Origin: the human T2T-CHM13v2.0 reference genome, Homo sapiens | NCBI RefSeq assembly: GCF_009914755.1 | Contig: NC_060946.1 | DNA length: 64,000 bases | Direction: 5' to 3' (one strand) | Shown here: positions 45,125 through 61,012 of the stretch, piece after piece | How the letters are laid out: every line of letters begins with the position of its first letter | How positions within the stretch are numbered: the first letter of the stretch is position 1 | Program-made: the position numbers and the translations under genes | The notes under the pieces: model-generated | Databases searched by the model: none | Told to the model about the DNA's origin: nothing | Seen by the model: only the letters and a program-made list of their open reading frames with translations

Positions 45125-46684
45125 TAGTAGTAGTAATTGGACAATCTAGGGTGATCTCATCTCAAAGCCTTTAACTTCATTACATCTGCAAAAAGACTCT
45201 TTCCAGGTAAGGTCGCATTCGCAGATTCTAGGGTTAGGATATGAACGTGTTCCTTTGGGGGCCCACTACAGTGGGCTTCTCACCTTGGTGTCCTCAGGGG
45301 AGCCAGTGTCTGCCTCCCTCTCCTCCGTTAGGTCCTGGCTCCGTGGTCATTTCCTCAGGGAGAGGCCCTGCTGTCCTTCCTGGGTCTGTCTTCCTCCCTC
45401 CTGCATGTGCTCCGGTGCCACCTGCCTCTCTCCCGTGGCCTTGTCATGGTTGCTGTGATGCCCACGTCACGTGACTCCATGGATTCCGCTGGCTCCCATG
45501 GGCAGGGGCTGGGTGTGCGGTGCTCACCATTCCATACCCAGCACAGTGTCCTGCACGTATTAGATACTCAGTAAGTACATTTGTCTGGGGCTAAACCTTC
45601 AGGGTCTCCAGGAAGTCTTTCTGAGCCCCAGAGTCCTAAAAAGCCCAGGTGCTGCTGAGGAATAATAACTGTATCATCCTGGGGCGGAGGGCTGCTGCCT
45701 CTTCCCAGCTGGGGTTTCAGCCTCTGCCCTGCCCCCGCACCAGCCGGCCCCCAACCTGAAGCCTAGAGCATCAAATTATTATTGCCTCCGGGAATGACTG
45801 GGAGCCTTAGGCACAGGTGGGTCCTTGGAGACAGGGGATGGTCCTTTAACAGTGTTCTGGATCCTGATGGAGAAGAGAGGGGGTTCTCCTCTGCCCACAC
45901 TGAGGCACACTCGGCTTGTGGAGGAAAACGGCTGACTAGTGCCCCCAGAAAATCGCCAGCAAAGTTGACCTTCTGGTGATTCAGTCTCCAACCAGCTCAA
46001 CCTTCAAGCAGGCAGAGCTGTCAGGGCTGGTCGTGTGGGTTGGACTTTCTCCTCCAAGAAAGCTCAGAGTTGTAAATACCTGTTTCTCATCTGCGGTGTC
46101 TAGGGTTGCCTGGGGAGTCAAGGCATCAGGGAGCAGGACAGGCTCAGGCCCTTCCCGACTGACATTTTCCAGCCTATGGGGGGCCTTGGCTAGCCTGGTG
46201 GCTTTCTCTGTGGCATACGCTGATTCATGACCCTGACCTCTCTCTACCCGGGCAGCTGCGGCTTTCCATTCTTGGGTGCTGGCCTGGTGATGTCATTGTT
46301 GGGGTACGGCATGAGGGCTGGGAGGCCACAGGATCCTGGGGTGCTCTCTGTGTACCCTTCCACCACAGAACCAAGGACCCTGGTGGCAGGCCTTTAGCCA
46401 GGGTGCGGTGGCTAACTGGATGGGGCACGTCTCATTTATAAAGAATTTTGAGGCACTTGGCGTGGATGCAAGAAGGGGCAGCTGCCAGCCTGGCAGAGGA
46501 GGAGAAAGTAGAGAAACCACCAGAACCAACCACACATCTCCGAAAGCACTCACTGCATGTGGGTGGCCTGAGGTTATGGCCAGGCGGTACTGATGTCCAT
46601 CCGGAAGGATACTCTCAGCCCTCGGGAAACAGTGGAATTATGTTCCGGGTTCCCTGCTTAGGAGAGGAAAACAGGTCAGCCTTA

Positions 46685-47410
46685 AAAAAAAAAAAAAATT
46701 GAGGTAAAATTCACATAACATAAAATGAATCATTTTAAAGTGAACAATTCCGTGGCTTTTAGTGCCTTCACAGTGTTGTGCAACCACCATCTCCGTTTAG
46801 TTCCGAAACATTTTCGTCACCCCAGAAGGAAACCCCTGCCCATTAAGCAGTCACCGACCTCCTTTCTGTCTTTATGGGTTTACGTATTGTGGGGATTTAA
46901 TATCAATGGAGTCATACAACATGTGGCACTTTGTGACTGGCATATTTCCCGTAGCATCATGTTTTCAAGGTTCATCCGTGTTGTAGCATGTGACAGAATT
47001 TCCTTCCCTTTGAAGGCAGAGGCCGGGTGTAGTGGCTCACACCTGCAATCCCAGCACTTTGGGAGGCCTAGGCGAGAGGACCACTTGAAGCCAGGAGTTC
47101 AAGACCAGCCTAGGCAACATAGCGAGACCCCTGTCTCTACAAAAAGAAAAAAAAAATTATTTTAGCTGGACATAATGGCACACACCTGTAATGCCAGTTA
47201 CTTAGGGGGCTCAGGCAGGAGATCACGTGAGCCCAGGAGTTCGAGACTATGGTGAGCAATGCTATTCCATTGAATCTGATGGACATTTGGATTGTTTCTA
47301 CCTCTTGTGAATAATGCTTCTGTGAACATTCTGGTACAAGTTTTTGTTTGAACACTAGTTTTCAATTGTTTTGATTATACACCTAGGAGGGGAGTTGCTA
47401 AGTCGTAAGG
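46685..47410 (-). mobile_element. L1MB 3' end interrupted by a 3'-deleted AluJ (47021-47260, +)
   Basis: L1M 3'UTR motifs on both sides; the Alu stops at GGTGAGCAATG with no tail. Confidence 0.78.
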
Positions 47411-48624
47411 TTATCAATGCCACATCTTAGAAATGCCTTCTCTTTGGAATGAAAGTTGACCCAGCAGGCAGGTCACACAGGTGCAGCTGGGCACAGTCAA
47501 GCTCTGCCTGAGACTCAGTTTTTCCTGTCTGAAAAATAGCAATCTAAAAGTTCATGCCCACTCAGGTGCGTATTCCAAGAGATGATACGTGGGTTTTCAG
47601 CACCATATGTGACCTGGAGGAAGTACCCCGTAAAGGGTGGTGGGTTTTTTTTGCCCACTACTTCAAAGATTTGGGTCTTTTTTGCTGTCAGAGGAACTTA
47701 CCTCCCTGAAGCACTACGGGTATTCCCTGACCTTACCTGAGGTTCTGCTACGATAGCCAGCTTCGGAGCCCCCAAGATCCACAGCCCTTCTCGAGGGTAG
47801 AGTCTGCTCTTGGTGGGTGCATGGTGGTAAGAAGGTGCCAGGCTATGGATGAGCGTGGGGTGCAGAGCCAGCTCCGACTGTGGACTCTGCACCCTTCATG
47901 AGACCCGAACCTCTGTCCCAGCCATGGTTTTCCAAGCCTCTCTGGAGGACAGTGCCTGCCTGACAATCCCTCCAAAAGACGTGTGCTGCTGTTTGTAGAA
48001 GTCGCTGGCACCATGCTGCCATGGCCTGCCTAGGACCTGGGAGAAGATGGGAGGCCAAGAGGAGGGCAGGAGCCGGGAAGGAGGACAGCTGCAGCCATGA
48101 CAGGGTGGGGGTTTGATGTCCGCCTCTGTGAAAACCTCCACCACAGCTGGCCGAGCCACCGGATGTTTGATCTCCTTTTACCTTTGTAAATAAATACTGC
48201 CTAGTCTTTGGCTGCCAGTGTAAACAAGGATGGAGACCACTCTGCTGATGATCTCTGTGCTCCCTGGAGTTCCTGCCTCCTCCACCCAAATTCCTCCCAG
48301 TGCCCCTTTCTTCTCTTGACTCCAGTACATGTTGATCGGAGGGCCCTTTACAGCCGCTCTCATTGTTCTGGGTAGGGAGGGCCCAGAGCATGACCTCTGA
48401 TCCCCTGAGGGCTTGCTCCCATCTCACCCTGGGGCACATTGGCAGAGGTTGGGTCAGGGGCTGGGTTCCTGGAACCCCACACCTCTGGCAGCCACACCAC
48501 GGATGGAGGATCTGGGGTCTCTCTAGGCATATCTGGCCTGGGAGAGCCTCTCCTGCCTGGCTGTACCCAGGCATCACATGGCCGATGGTCTGAGCTCAGT
48601 TCTGCATGCATTTCCTGGGAGCCC

Positions 48625-49310
<686 letters not shown>

Positions 49311-49881
49311 AAAGATTTTTTTTTTTGAACCAGTGTAGTCTAGGGGATGTGACCGCAGCACCTACCTGGGCCTGGGCTGACTGGGACCTAACCAGGCATT
49401 ATTCTTTTCGCTATATTATTTTTATTTTTTGGCTGCCCTTTTTCCTTTTATGAAAGAATAGATTTGCAGAGTTCTGGGGTTGGGTTGCTAAGCAAACTGC
49501 CTGGAGAGAAGAGGGTTTCAGATTTCACTAGGCCCTCCCTCTTCCACACCAACCCTGGGCTGTCTGCACTGGACTTCCTCTCCCCAGCCCCACTCCTAGT
49601 CTGGTTCCTGGTTCAGGTGAGCAGCAGCCAGATTCCATGCCCCCACCTTCTACCTTCTAGTGTTTGGGTTCTGCCTTGGATAAAGCTTTGCAGGAAGGAT
49701 GTGGCTGATGAGACCATCAACCTCAGTCCTGCCAAGGGTGAGGCGGCCCAGAGAGGTTTTTCCACTGGGTATTCCTGGTACGGGGGCAGGAGCCAGGCCT
49801 CCCAATTGGTTCTGGCTCTTGGGAGATGGTGGCTTTCAAAATGCCAAATAATGTACTTTATCCTCAAGAGGAAAGGGCCTT

Positions 49882-50471
<590 letters not shown>

Positions 50472-51229
50472 AATCACGGGTGGGGGGTGGTGCTTTGTGT
50501 ACTTAGGGGAGCTCAGGTGTGAAAAACTGCGTTTTGAAAAAGCAGGTTCCTGTGTGCTGGTTAGAATGGGGGGATGAGGAAATTGAGGGGCAGTCCTCCC
50601 CACACCATCATTTGCCTTGGAGCAGACTGGAAGAGTCAGCAGAATGAGGGGCAACAAGTATGGATTGGAGTGATCTGGGTGAGCTGAGGCAGGGGCTGAA
50701 GCCCTCATATGGAACGTGGCAGGGATGAGCAGGCCATCTGGAATCCAGACTTAAAAGCATCAGTCACCCAGACATTGATTTGAGATCTCTGCAGAGGGGG
50801 AAACGGCTGGGGTTTCAGCCACTTGGAGTGTCCTAATTCCCCAGCAGAGTCTGGCCGTGAGACCTAGTCTCTCTGTCTCACCTGGCGGGGTGATGTGTCC
50901 ACTTCAAAGTCTCACTGGACACAGGCAGGCAAACCCTCACCGGGCACTTGATTCTTGCACCAGGTTTTAGCGTGGACGTTGCTAAGCCAGCATGTGGCTT
51001 CGCACATGTGGAGTCTTACAGTTACTCTGAAGCAAGCCCTGGGACCCCGAATCTGACCCCGAAGTTCTTGCTGGGCTGACTCCCTACTCGGTGTTGACTT
51101 GACCTTACACGGGAGTCAGTGTAGTCATGGGCTCGGAAAGCACTCAGATAAAAGGTGCTCCACCCAGTGATGAAGAATGTGTTGATGTCTTAAGATCGTC
51201 TTCAGATAAACAGCAAAACCGTTGGTTAA

Positions 51230-51426
51230 AAGCTGGTCTAACCCACCTTATTTTGTTGTTGTTTGTTTTGTTTTAGACGTTTCGCAGCCTGAAGCTGTGG
51301 TTTTAGTCTCTTTCTCTAGTGATAAGTGGAAAAGAGGGATGAGGAAGGGGCTTTGCTGGCCCGACCAAAAACAAAACTAAGAACCCATGAGTGTATTCTC
51401 TCCCTTGGGCACTTGGACACCTCTGC
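51230..51426. mobile_element. MER30B-like hAT DNA transposon
   Basis: CTCTAGTGATAAGTGGAAAAGAGGGATGAGGAAGGGGCTTT...CTAAGAACCCATGA...TTGGACACCTCTG. Confidence 0.72.
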
Positions 51427-51625
51427 TAGAACATTTAGTAGACGCTGACAATTCCAAGCTAATGTAAAAGCCAAGTCTGGAGGGTCATGGGGTGGGAGAC
51501 TAGGGTGAGGAAGTTGTTAAAGGAGGCCAAGGGGATGGCACGGCCTTCATCTAATAGTGACAGTAGCATTTTAGAGCTAGAGGGTCTTTATCCATTGTCT
51601 AGTTCACATGCATGATTTTAAAAAA

Positions 51626-51720
51626 GGAAGCTGAGGCAGGAGGATTGCTTGAGCCCAGGAGTTGGAGACTAGCCTAGGCACCTTAGCGAGTCAACGTCTC
51701 TGTTAAAATTAATAAATGAA
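51626..51720 (+). mobile_element. Alu monomer fragment (FLAM-like) within MIR-like sequence
   Basis: GCTGAGGCAGGAGGATTGCTTGAGCCCAGGAGTT followed by an A-rich tail. Confidence 0.75.
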
Positions 51721-53255
51721 GTCAAGAAAGGTGAGGCATGGGCGGCCTCAGTGACCTGGACTAACTCACAGAGAGGTAGCAATGGGGAGGGCCAGAGCCT
51801 CGCTTCTGAGGGATTACACCACAGCTCACTTCCCCCACCCAAAGGCCAAAGGAACTGAGCGTTAATAACCAACATAGCGATCTTGGTACCTGGAGCCCCC
51901 TCGATGTCCCATGGATTAAGGAGACCAGATTCCTCCATACAGCTTGTTGAGGGACTTGGTGGGTGCCCCTTGCTCTTGGGGTCTTCCTACTTTGGCTGCT
52001 ATGCTCAACCCAGACCCAGCCTCTTCCTGGAATTCTCCTTTCAACACGCACAGAGACAGAACCCGGCCCGGACTTTGCAGCCAGTAGTTGTGTGCAATCA
52101 CCTGGGACAGTGCTGCAGGTCAGCAGCCGGCAATGCTAGACACCGGGTTGGGGTCGCTCAGCAGGTCTAAGCCCTGGCTGCCAGCTAGATTCCCCCAGGA
52201 AGCCCCTATAGCTTCGGATTCAGCAGGTCTGTGTGGATCCCGGTGAAATCGTTTTCAAAGCCTCCCAGGTGTTGCCGACGTGCAGCCAGGGCTGAGGACA
52301 CCTGTTAGAGGGTGCTGAGTCCTGTGGGACGAGAAGTGGAGAACCTGGGAGAGGGAGAGGCAGAGGTGTGCAAGGAAGCCGGAACTTCGGCCACCTGCAC
52401 CCACAGCTAGTGGCAGATCACTCCAGACACACGGCTCTCCCCGGCCTTCCACGTGGAAAGGACTGACAACAGTCTCCACTTCAGGATTGCTGGGTCAGTT
52501 GCTCTGAGTGCCTGAGGGCAGCCCTGTGCCCACCCAGCCTGGGTGTGTGTGGTGGCAGTTGTAAACTCCTGAATGAACACCAAGGTCACCTCTGCTGGTA
52601 ACCTTTGGGCAGGGCTGCTTACAGGTGACTCATGGTGAGAGTGACGTCACCCCATCAGGGTGAGCTCTCAGAAGTCCCATGGGCCTCAAAGTCCCCCTTT
52701 GGAAGGAGTGGAGAAGGGATCCTCACATGAGCCATGGATTGGGCCAGAAGATCCTTGTGGGTTGACAGTGGTCATGATGAGTCCACTGGCTTAGAAAACT
52801 CAGGCTGAGAACAGGCCATGGAGGAGCTCCAGATGGCTAAGGCCTTGGAAACACGTGTTGAGCTTTGTCATTCAGCCTGGGAGGAAGGGAGTGATTATCT
52901 CCAGGTGCCTCTGGGAGGAATGAATTACTCTGTATAACCAGATAGTCCCAACAGGCAGGGGGCCTCTTGTAGGATAAGCCACTCTGTCCTCCTGCGGGTA
53001 CTCACATTGGGGTAAGGGTGGTCTGGGATTTCGACAGACCTGCTGGAAGGTGGTCTATGACTCAGCCAGAAGCTGGGCCAGACTGGGGGATGGGGGAACC
53101 TGTAGCCCCAGTTCCCTGGGCTGGCATCGGAATAGCATGGTAGGACTCGCTGCTCATGGTGGACAGAACTTGCACCCCAGCCAGCATGCTGGCCTGTGCT
53201 CCTCACCCCATCAGACCCCATGGGCAGGTGTGCAAGGTGCAAGGACCGTTCCTGA

Positions 53256-53625
<370 letters not shown>

Positions 53626-53642
53626 TAGCAACCCAACCCCCC

Positions 53643-54429
53643 TGTATGGGGGAGAACCAACTGTTTTCTCTGTACACAAGCTCAACGCAGAACACTTATG
53701 TGACCAAATGTAGGGGTTTTTCCCACACCAAGCAGTTCTCTGCAGACACCAGCTGGGTGTCCTACAATTTCAACTCAGTTTTGACATTGTCTACCTGGAG
53801 TTAGCATCAGATCCCACTGTTAAGGGCTCAGCTCCAGAAGACTGCCCCTAACGTCAGGTGTCAGTAGCAAGTCCAGGTTATCTATTGGCCGTAAATTGGA
53901 GGTTCCTACAGCCCCCTCCTTGAGTTTGATCACTTGCTGGAACGGCTCAGAGAACTCAGGAAAATAACTTACTAGCTGACTGGTTTTTAATACAAAGATA
54001 CAACTCAGGAACAGCCATATGGAGGAGGTGCACAGAGGAAGGTCTGTGGGAAGGGGTGCAGAGCTTCCATGCCCTCTCGGGGCACTGCCACATTTTCAGC
54101 AACCTGGAAGCTCTCCTAACCCTGGCCTTTTGGACAGCCCTCATTGTGTAGGCATGATTGATTACGTCACTGGCCATTGGTGATCAACTCAACCTTCAAC
54201 TGTGGGTCTTCCCCAGAGAGTTGGGGGTGCCAACTCTCTAATCGTGTGGTTGGTTCTCCCGGCAACCAGCCCCCTTCCTGAGGCTATCCAGGAGCCCCAG
54301 CCACCTGTCATTTACTAGCACACATAAAGACATGTATTACTTTGGAGATTCCAAGGGTTTTAGGACCTGCATGCCAGGAAAGTAGAGGGTGGGATATGCA
54401 AAGATCAAATATACATTTCTTAAGTCACA
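53643..54429 (-). mobile_element. MER21 solo LTR, 250 bp upstream of exon 2
   Basis: Reverse complement of MER21 motifs (GACACCAGCTGGGTGTCCTACAATT, GGCCATTGGTGATCA, GGCAACCAGCCCC); TG...CA ends. Confidence 0.82.
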
Positions 54430-54677
54430 ACCCCCTGCCAGGGGCAGACGTATCTCAGAAAGCCCCTTGTATTGTCTAGGGAGTGAGCTCATGTTCATCC
54501 CCCCTCACCTTGTGGTCTTTGACCAGTCAGTTGTGAAGGGGACGTCAGCATACCCGAGGTCGTTGTGAGATGCCTGTTGGGGACAGAGATGGTGTCAGCT
54601 GGGTGCTTGCTGGGATGGGTTGAGTATGGATGCTCCCTTCTCTGTCTCTAACACAGGATGCTTCTTTGCACACACAG

Positions 54678-54859
54678 ATGGCTCGTTCGGAACACCACCT
54701 GGATACGGCTGCGCTGCAGACCGGGCAGAGGAGCAGCGCCGGCACCAAGATGGGCTGCCCTACATTGATGACTCGCCCTCCTCATCGCCCCACCTCAGCA
54801 GCAAGGGCAGGGGCAGCCGGGATGCGCTGGTCTCGGGAGCCCTGGAGTCCACTAAAGCG
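54678..54859 (+). CDS. BCR: BCR exon 2 (182 bp, phase 1 to 0; ~aa 427-487, (D)GSFGTPPGYGCAADRAEEQRRHQDGLPYIDDSPSSSPHLSSKGRGSRDALVSGALESTKA)
   Basis: Peptide recognised as human BCR. AG at 54676-77, donor GCG|GTGAGT at 54860. Length matches the known exon. Confidence 0.98.
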
Positions 54860-55744
54860 GTGAGTCCCCATGGTGTACGTGTGGCAGGAGGGCCAGGTGA
54901 GGCTCCCTGAAGCGCAGCCCCATGCTCAGGGGTATGTAGCAGGTAGGTGGTGGAGCAGCCAATGGTTTGGAAGCGAGTGGGTCACCAAAAACTCCTTCCT
55001 CATCTCTACATGTGGTACACAGACAGCCTGCCAGATGTGTTGATCAGGGAGATCGGGGGATGCTTTGAACTGAGCGTGGAGGAGGCAGGCAGCATGTGGT
55101 CTTGAGGCTGAGAATGTCAGCACCAGAGGCCACCACCAAGACCTGCGTGGTGGCGCCGGCAACACTCCTGAGCCAGGTGGTGTCTGGGCTTGGGTCCCTT
55201 TGCTTCATAGCCTTCTTGCTCCCTTTTACCAAAGCGTGTGCTGAGGATGGCTCCATCCATGTGACCAGAGCCTTTCCTGTGAATTTTCACTTGACCCTCA
55301 TTAATAATTCTTGGCCTTTCTGTCACTTCCACTTTACAAAGGTGAAACTGAAGTCCAGTGGTGGCTTCCCCAAGGTCTCATGGCTAGTGAGTAGCGGCAC
55401 ATTCAGTAGATGCTCTGCCATGCCCTCCAAGAAAGCAGTGGACCCACGCCCCCCCTCACATGAGAACGTAGCCCGGGCTGGTTGCAGGCTGGATGGTGCT
55501 GGACCGCCCGGCCCTGCATGAAGTTCTGATTCCTCTTGCTGGTCCCACAGCTCAGGGGGCTGCTTCAGCAATGCTCTGGGGCCCAGATGCTCACCCCTTG
55601 CCATTGGTGCATGTCCCCCCACTTGACCTCTTGGGTTCCTTACTTCTTGGGCTGAGAAAATCACTGCCCCAGGGCAGTTGCTCCTTTTTGTCTTTTTGGT
55701 CCCTGATGACAGATTACTTCCGCACTCTGCTTAGCTTATTTCTA

Positions 55745-55937
<193 letters not shown>

Positions 55938-56149
55938 GAGCAAGAGAGAGATGGACTTTTCCCCATTTCTGTAAGGAAGCTCCAGAAGTGTATCTTCTCA
56001 CTGAGCTGCTTTTTTCTGGGGCTGACATGTTAGCTGCACGCCTGGGACTGCTGCTTACGTATATACTTTTGTGATTTCTGAAGGCCTTGGTGCTGGGCAG
56101 GCTTCTCATTCTGAACCGAGAGGATGGGAGAGGAAGCCAGTGGGTAACA

Positions 56150-56330
56150 TGTACCTGCTCCGTGCAGCACACACAGGCTGCTGCCTTAGGTAGCTTCCTA
56201 TCCCACGTCGAGTGTCAGCTTTTTACAGACTAGGAGGCCGAGGTTCAGAGAGGTGAAGTAACTTGCTTGGGCCACACAGCTCCAGGGTTTGAAGCCTTCC
56301 TGATTCTTCAATGGGCACACTTTCCCTCCC
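56150..56330 (-). mobile_element. MIR
   Basis: TTTTACAGA...GAGGTTCAGAGAGGTGAAGTAACTTGC core. Confidence 0.72.
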
Positions 56331-59004
56331 TCAACTGTCTTGTCTTTCTTGGTGCACCCCTTTCTTGCTGCATTGTGAGCGTGGTTTGGTACAAAGAAGG
56401 ACCAAGTTCAGGTAGGCTAAGTGCTGAACTTGAGAAAGGCAATTTCTTTCCATCATTCTTGAGGGCTATCTGCACCCAGCCAGTCCTTGATGCAGTTCCT
56501 GGCCCCGAAAGGAAGCTGATCTGCCCACTCAGTGCCCCAGTCCCTGTCCGGGGGTGGGGGCCTCCCACCCACACCTGGCTCTGACTTGGAGTACAGCCTT
56601 CACCTTTCAGTCCAGGGCTTCTCCTCTGTGAAGCCACTCCAGATCCTGGTCCCCCGACCCCTGCTCCCTGCTTCTGCCCTCACAGGAGCTGTAGATGTTT
56701 CTCGTGGTGCACATCCTGCAGGAGGTTGCACGTCTCTGCCTGTCAGGTCCAGAGTTTCCAATCCCAAGCACGCCCCTTGGCCCAGAGCTGGTCTGAAGAG
56801 GAGGGGATTTGATTGGAGGAGAACTGTGTGTAGCTCCTTTCCAGAAACCTTCTGGTGCTCTTCCCAGTGGTTGGGGCCCCAGGACGGGTACCCTTCACTG
56901 CTCTGGAGACAAGCATAGCCTTGACTTCCTGGTTTCCCTGCCAGCCATGCAACAAGCCATGCAAATGTCATCTTTCATTTCTGATCTTTGGTTTGAAGAC
57001 ATGGCTGTCGCTTCCTAGGACACCTGACTTCCCCCAGGGAGCATGGTGATCTTGAGGCCAGAGGCACCCTGATCCTGACCATCCAGTGGGAAATGGGCAT
57101 CAGGCTGCTCATCCCTCTCCTCCTGCACGCCACCCACCCCTCATTTGGTCCCAGATGCTGATCTTGAGTCTTTGGGGTGTCAGTGGACTCCTGTGGCATG
57201 GGTCTTCTCTGTGAATACCCACTCGTAGTGCAGACAGAGGCTGGACAGAGGCCAGGCACCCCCTTGCCCGGGGTGCTGTGGGAAGGATTCACACAGGCTG
57301 GCCTGTTGCGACAACCTGCAGCCCCAGGACCCTGTACAGAGGCCAGCCCCTTGCCCTCTGGTATGCCTTGAGGGCCAGGTTCTTGGGGTGTTCGCCGGCT
57401 GGGCCGCAGGACAATGTCCAGTCTGTTGGTAATGAAAACCTGCCCTTGCCCAGAGCAAGAGGGTCCTTTCTCCAGCAGCTGTGCTAGCTACACACTCCCA
57501 GCCCAGAGCAGCCTGCCCCTCGCAGTAAGGGTTTTGCACCCTGATCACCACTGGGCTCCCCCAGATTAGGGGGACTAGGAGGAGGGACTAGAAGGGGCCT
57601 CTTTGCACTCTGCCCTGTCCTGAAGCTCAGTTCCAGCTCCCGCCCTCAGTTCACCCGTGGGCCTGGTAGCCAGCTGACAACAGTTTTATTCACCTGTTCT
57701 CTGTTGGCTTTTCCTGCTTGGTTGTCACAAGCCCAGTTTGTTTTGTGGGTTCTTTATTGGCTTTTATTTAGCCTCAAGTTTTGTGTTTGTACCCACCTAG
57801 GTAGGGTCATGGTAGGAGGGCCTTCCTTCCATGTCACTGACTTCTTTTTCCAATTTCCCTTTACCTCCGGCTTCCTACCCGCCCCAGCCTCCTTGCCTGC
57901 CTCCATGGCCCTCCCTGCATTCACGTCCTTTCCCATAACTGGCACAAGCACAGCCCTGAGTTATAAATAGCCCCAGGCCAGGCCCTGCCCTTTGCTCTCT
58001 CGTTTTCTCTGCATGGACTTGGCTGATTTCTGAGCCATCCCTGTCTGATGCCATCAGCACTATTCAGGACTCTAGAAGATTCTTAGTCTAAGGAGAAGTG
58101 CCTCATCCTGAGTCTTGTCTCCACCCCACCCCGTCCATGCCCTGAGCCAGATGTTCCCTGAGCGGCCCCGCCCTTCAGAACACGGAGGGAGAGCCAGATT
58201 CTGCCTTCCTGCCTGTGCTGTTTTTCCTCCTGGCTTTCCAAACCATGTGGACAGAACGAGACACAGTGCTCCCACCCACGCCGGCACAAGCATCTCACAC
58301 TGGGTGGGGCTGTCATGGGCCCTGCTGCCCTAGCAGCCTCCCTGGGCCCTACAGGCCGCCTGGTACTCATAGTAGCAAGATTGTCCTTAGAACATGAGCA
58401 CGGCTGGCAGGCTGGGTGGATGGGTGGCGCTGCCCAAGGGACCCACCATTCCCTTCACCTCTTCTCCTCTTGTGGAGCAGGGAGCGGCATCTGCACACAG
58501 TAGGAGGCACCTGCAGGGGCAGCTGGGGTGCTTTCCCCAAAGACTCCACCATTCATGATGGGCAGAGAGGGGGTGTCATAGGTCGCCCCACCCTACGTGT
58601 ATGTGCACCATGGGCAGCAGACTTGCTGAACTTGGGTAGCATTTCAGGGCACCAAGGCAGGCTCAACTGACAGCCCTGGGTTCCTTGGACCCAACTGTCT
58701 CCAAGTGAGAGTACGGAGACCCTGAAGGAGCCCTCAGAGATTCATAAAAACGCAGCCAACACTAGGATACAACCAGGTGTTTAAGATCCACTCATTGATT
58801 TATTAAATGAATCTTAATTGAGCACCTGGGTGTTCTGGGCACTGTGCTAGACAGGGAAGTTCCTAGCTCAGGCACAGCCGTGGCCTGGAGGCTCCCACCC
58901 GTGGAGTCACTGCCTACCCTGCCCTGGGGGGACAGGTGTGCATGGAACCTGCGTGTCCTTTTCCTTGGAGCTGCTCTCAGCCCAGATCTTGATGGCTGTC
59001 CCCC

Positions 59005-59110
59005 CCACACACATGTACGTGTGTATAAATGCATATATATACACACATATACACAGGCACCCGGGCATGCTGACACCTCATGCATACATTCACACAAGTG
59101 TGCACACACT
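59005..59110. repeat. Degenerate (CA)/(TA) repeat
   Basis: Direct reading. Confidence 0.8.
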
Positions 59111-59470
59111 TAGGAGATTCCCAGGGCAAAAAGGTGGCCCAGGAAGGCTTTTTAGATGGTCCCAGTGGGCAAGTGAGGATGTGTGGTCCAAGCCCCAGGG
59201 ACTCAAATGGGGCACAGGGTGGGGCTCCCTCCCCGGGCAGTGGAGGCTCAGGGCCGGAGGGCATTTGCCTGAGACCATGGGGCAGGCCAGGCCCTGGGCA
59301 CTTCGTGTTGAACCTGCTGTCTATACCATGACATGCCTCCCTCCTAGAGGGCCAGGGAAATAGGACAGCAGGGTTGGGAGTAGGCAGGGGCTGTGCTGGG
59401 ACCCTGATTCCAAATTCTACAGATACCATGAGGCCTGAGCTGACCTCAGTCAGATCCTTCCTCAAACCCA

Positions 59471-59683
59471 TCAGTTCTCACTGGAGGTGATTCTGCTCCC
59501 AGGGCATGTGTGGCAGCGCCTGGAGACATTGTGGCTGCCACACCTCGGGGGAGAGGGTGTTACTCACATACGATAGGTAGAGGCAAGGATGCTGCACAGA
59601 ATCCTGCAAGGCACAGGATGCCACCCAGCCCCTGACAGAGACTCCTCCGGGCCTAGATGTCAGCGGGGCCAACGAGAAGCCTG
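59471..59683. mobile_element. MER20 hAT DNA transposon
   Basis: GGTGATTCTGCTCCCAGGGC...CTGGAGACATT...GGTAGAGGCAAGGATGCTGC. Confidence 0.78.
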
Positions 59684-60039
59684 CCCGCAGCCAGTGATTT
59701 TCCCCGAAAGTGGGAAAGTGAGTGATCAGGGACCACCGCCCCAGTTCCACGCCTGTGAGCCCAGCAACCAGTGGAGAAGTGGACGGGGCTGTCACAGACA
59801 CCGGACCTGGCACCACCCCCACCCCCCGCACCCACACACTTTCCTCTGACTGCAGGCAGGGCCATTGGGCACAGGCGGAACAAAGGGAGCACGGCCTCAG
59901 CCCGGTGGAGCACTGAGGTGCTGCCATGGGCATGGCCAGCCTCCAACATTGCCAGTGGCCAGGGAGTAGGCGGGAGTGGCCAGGAAGTCAGGTGGCGATT
60001 TCTGTGGCCTTTGGCATCATCATCTTTGGTGTCATGCCT

Positions 60040-61012
<973 letters not shown>

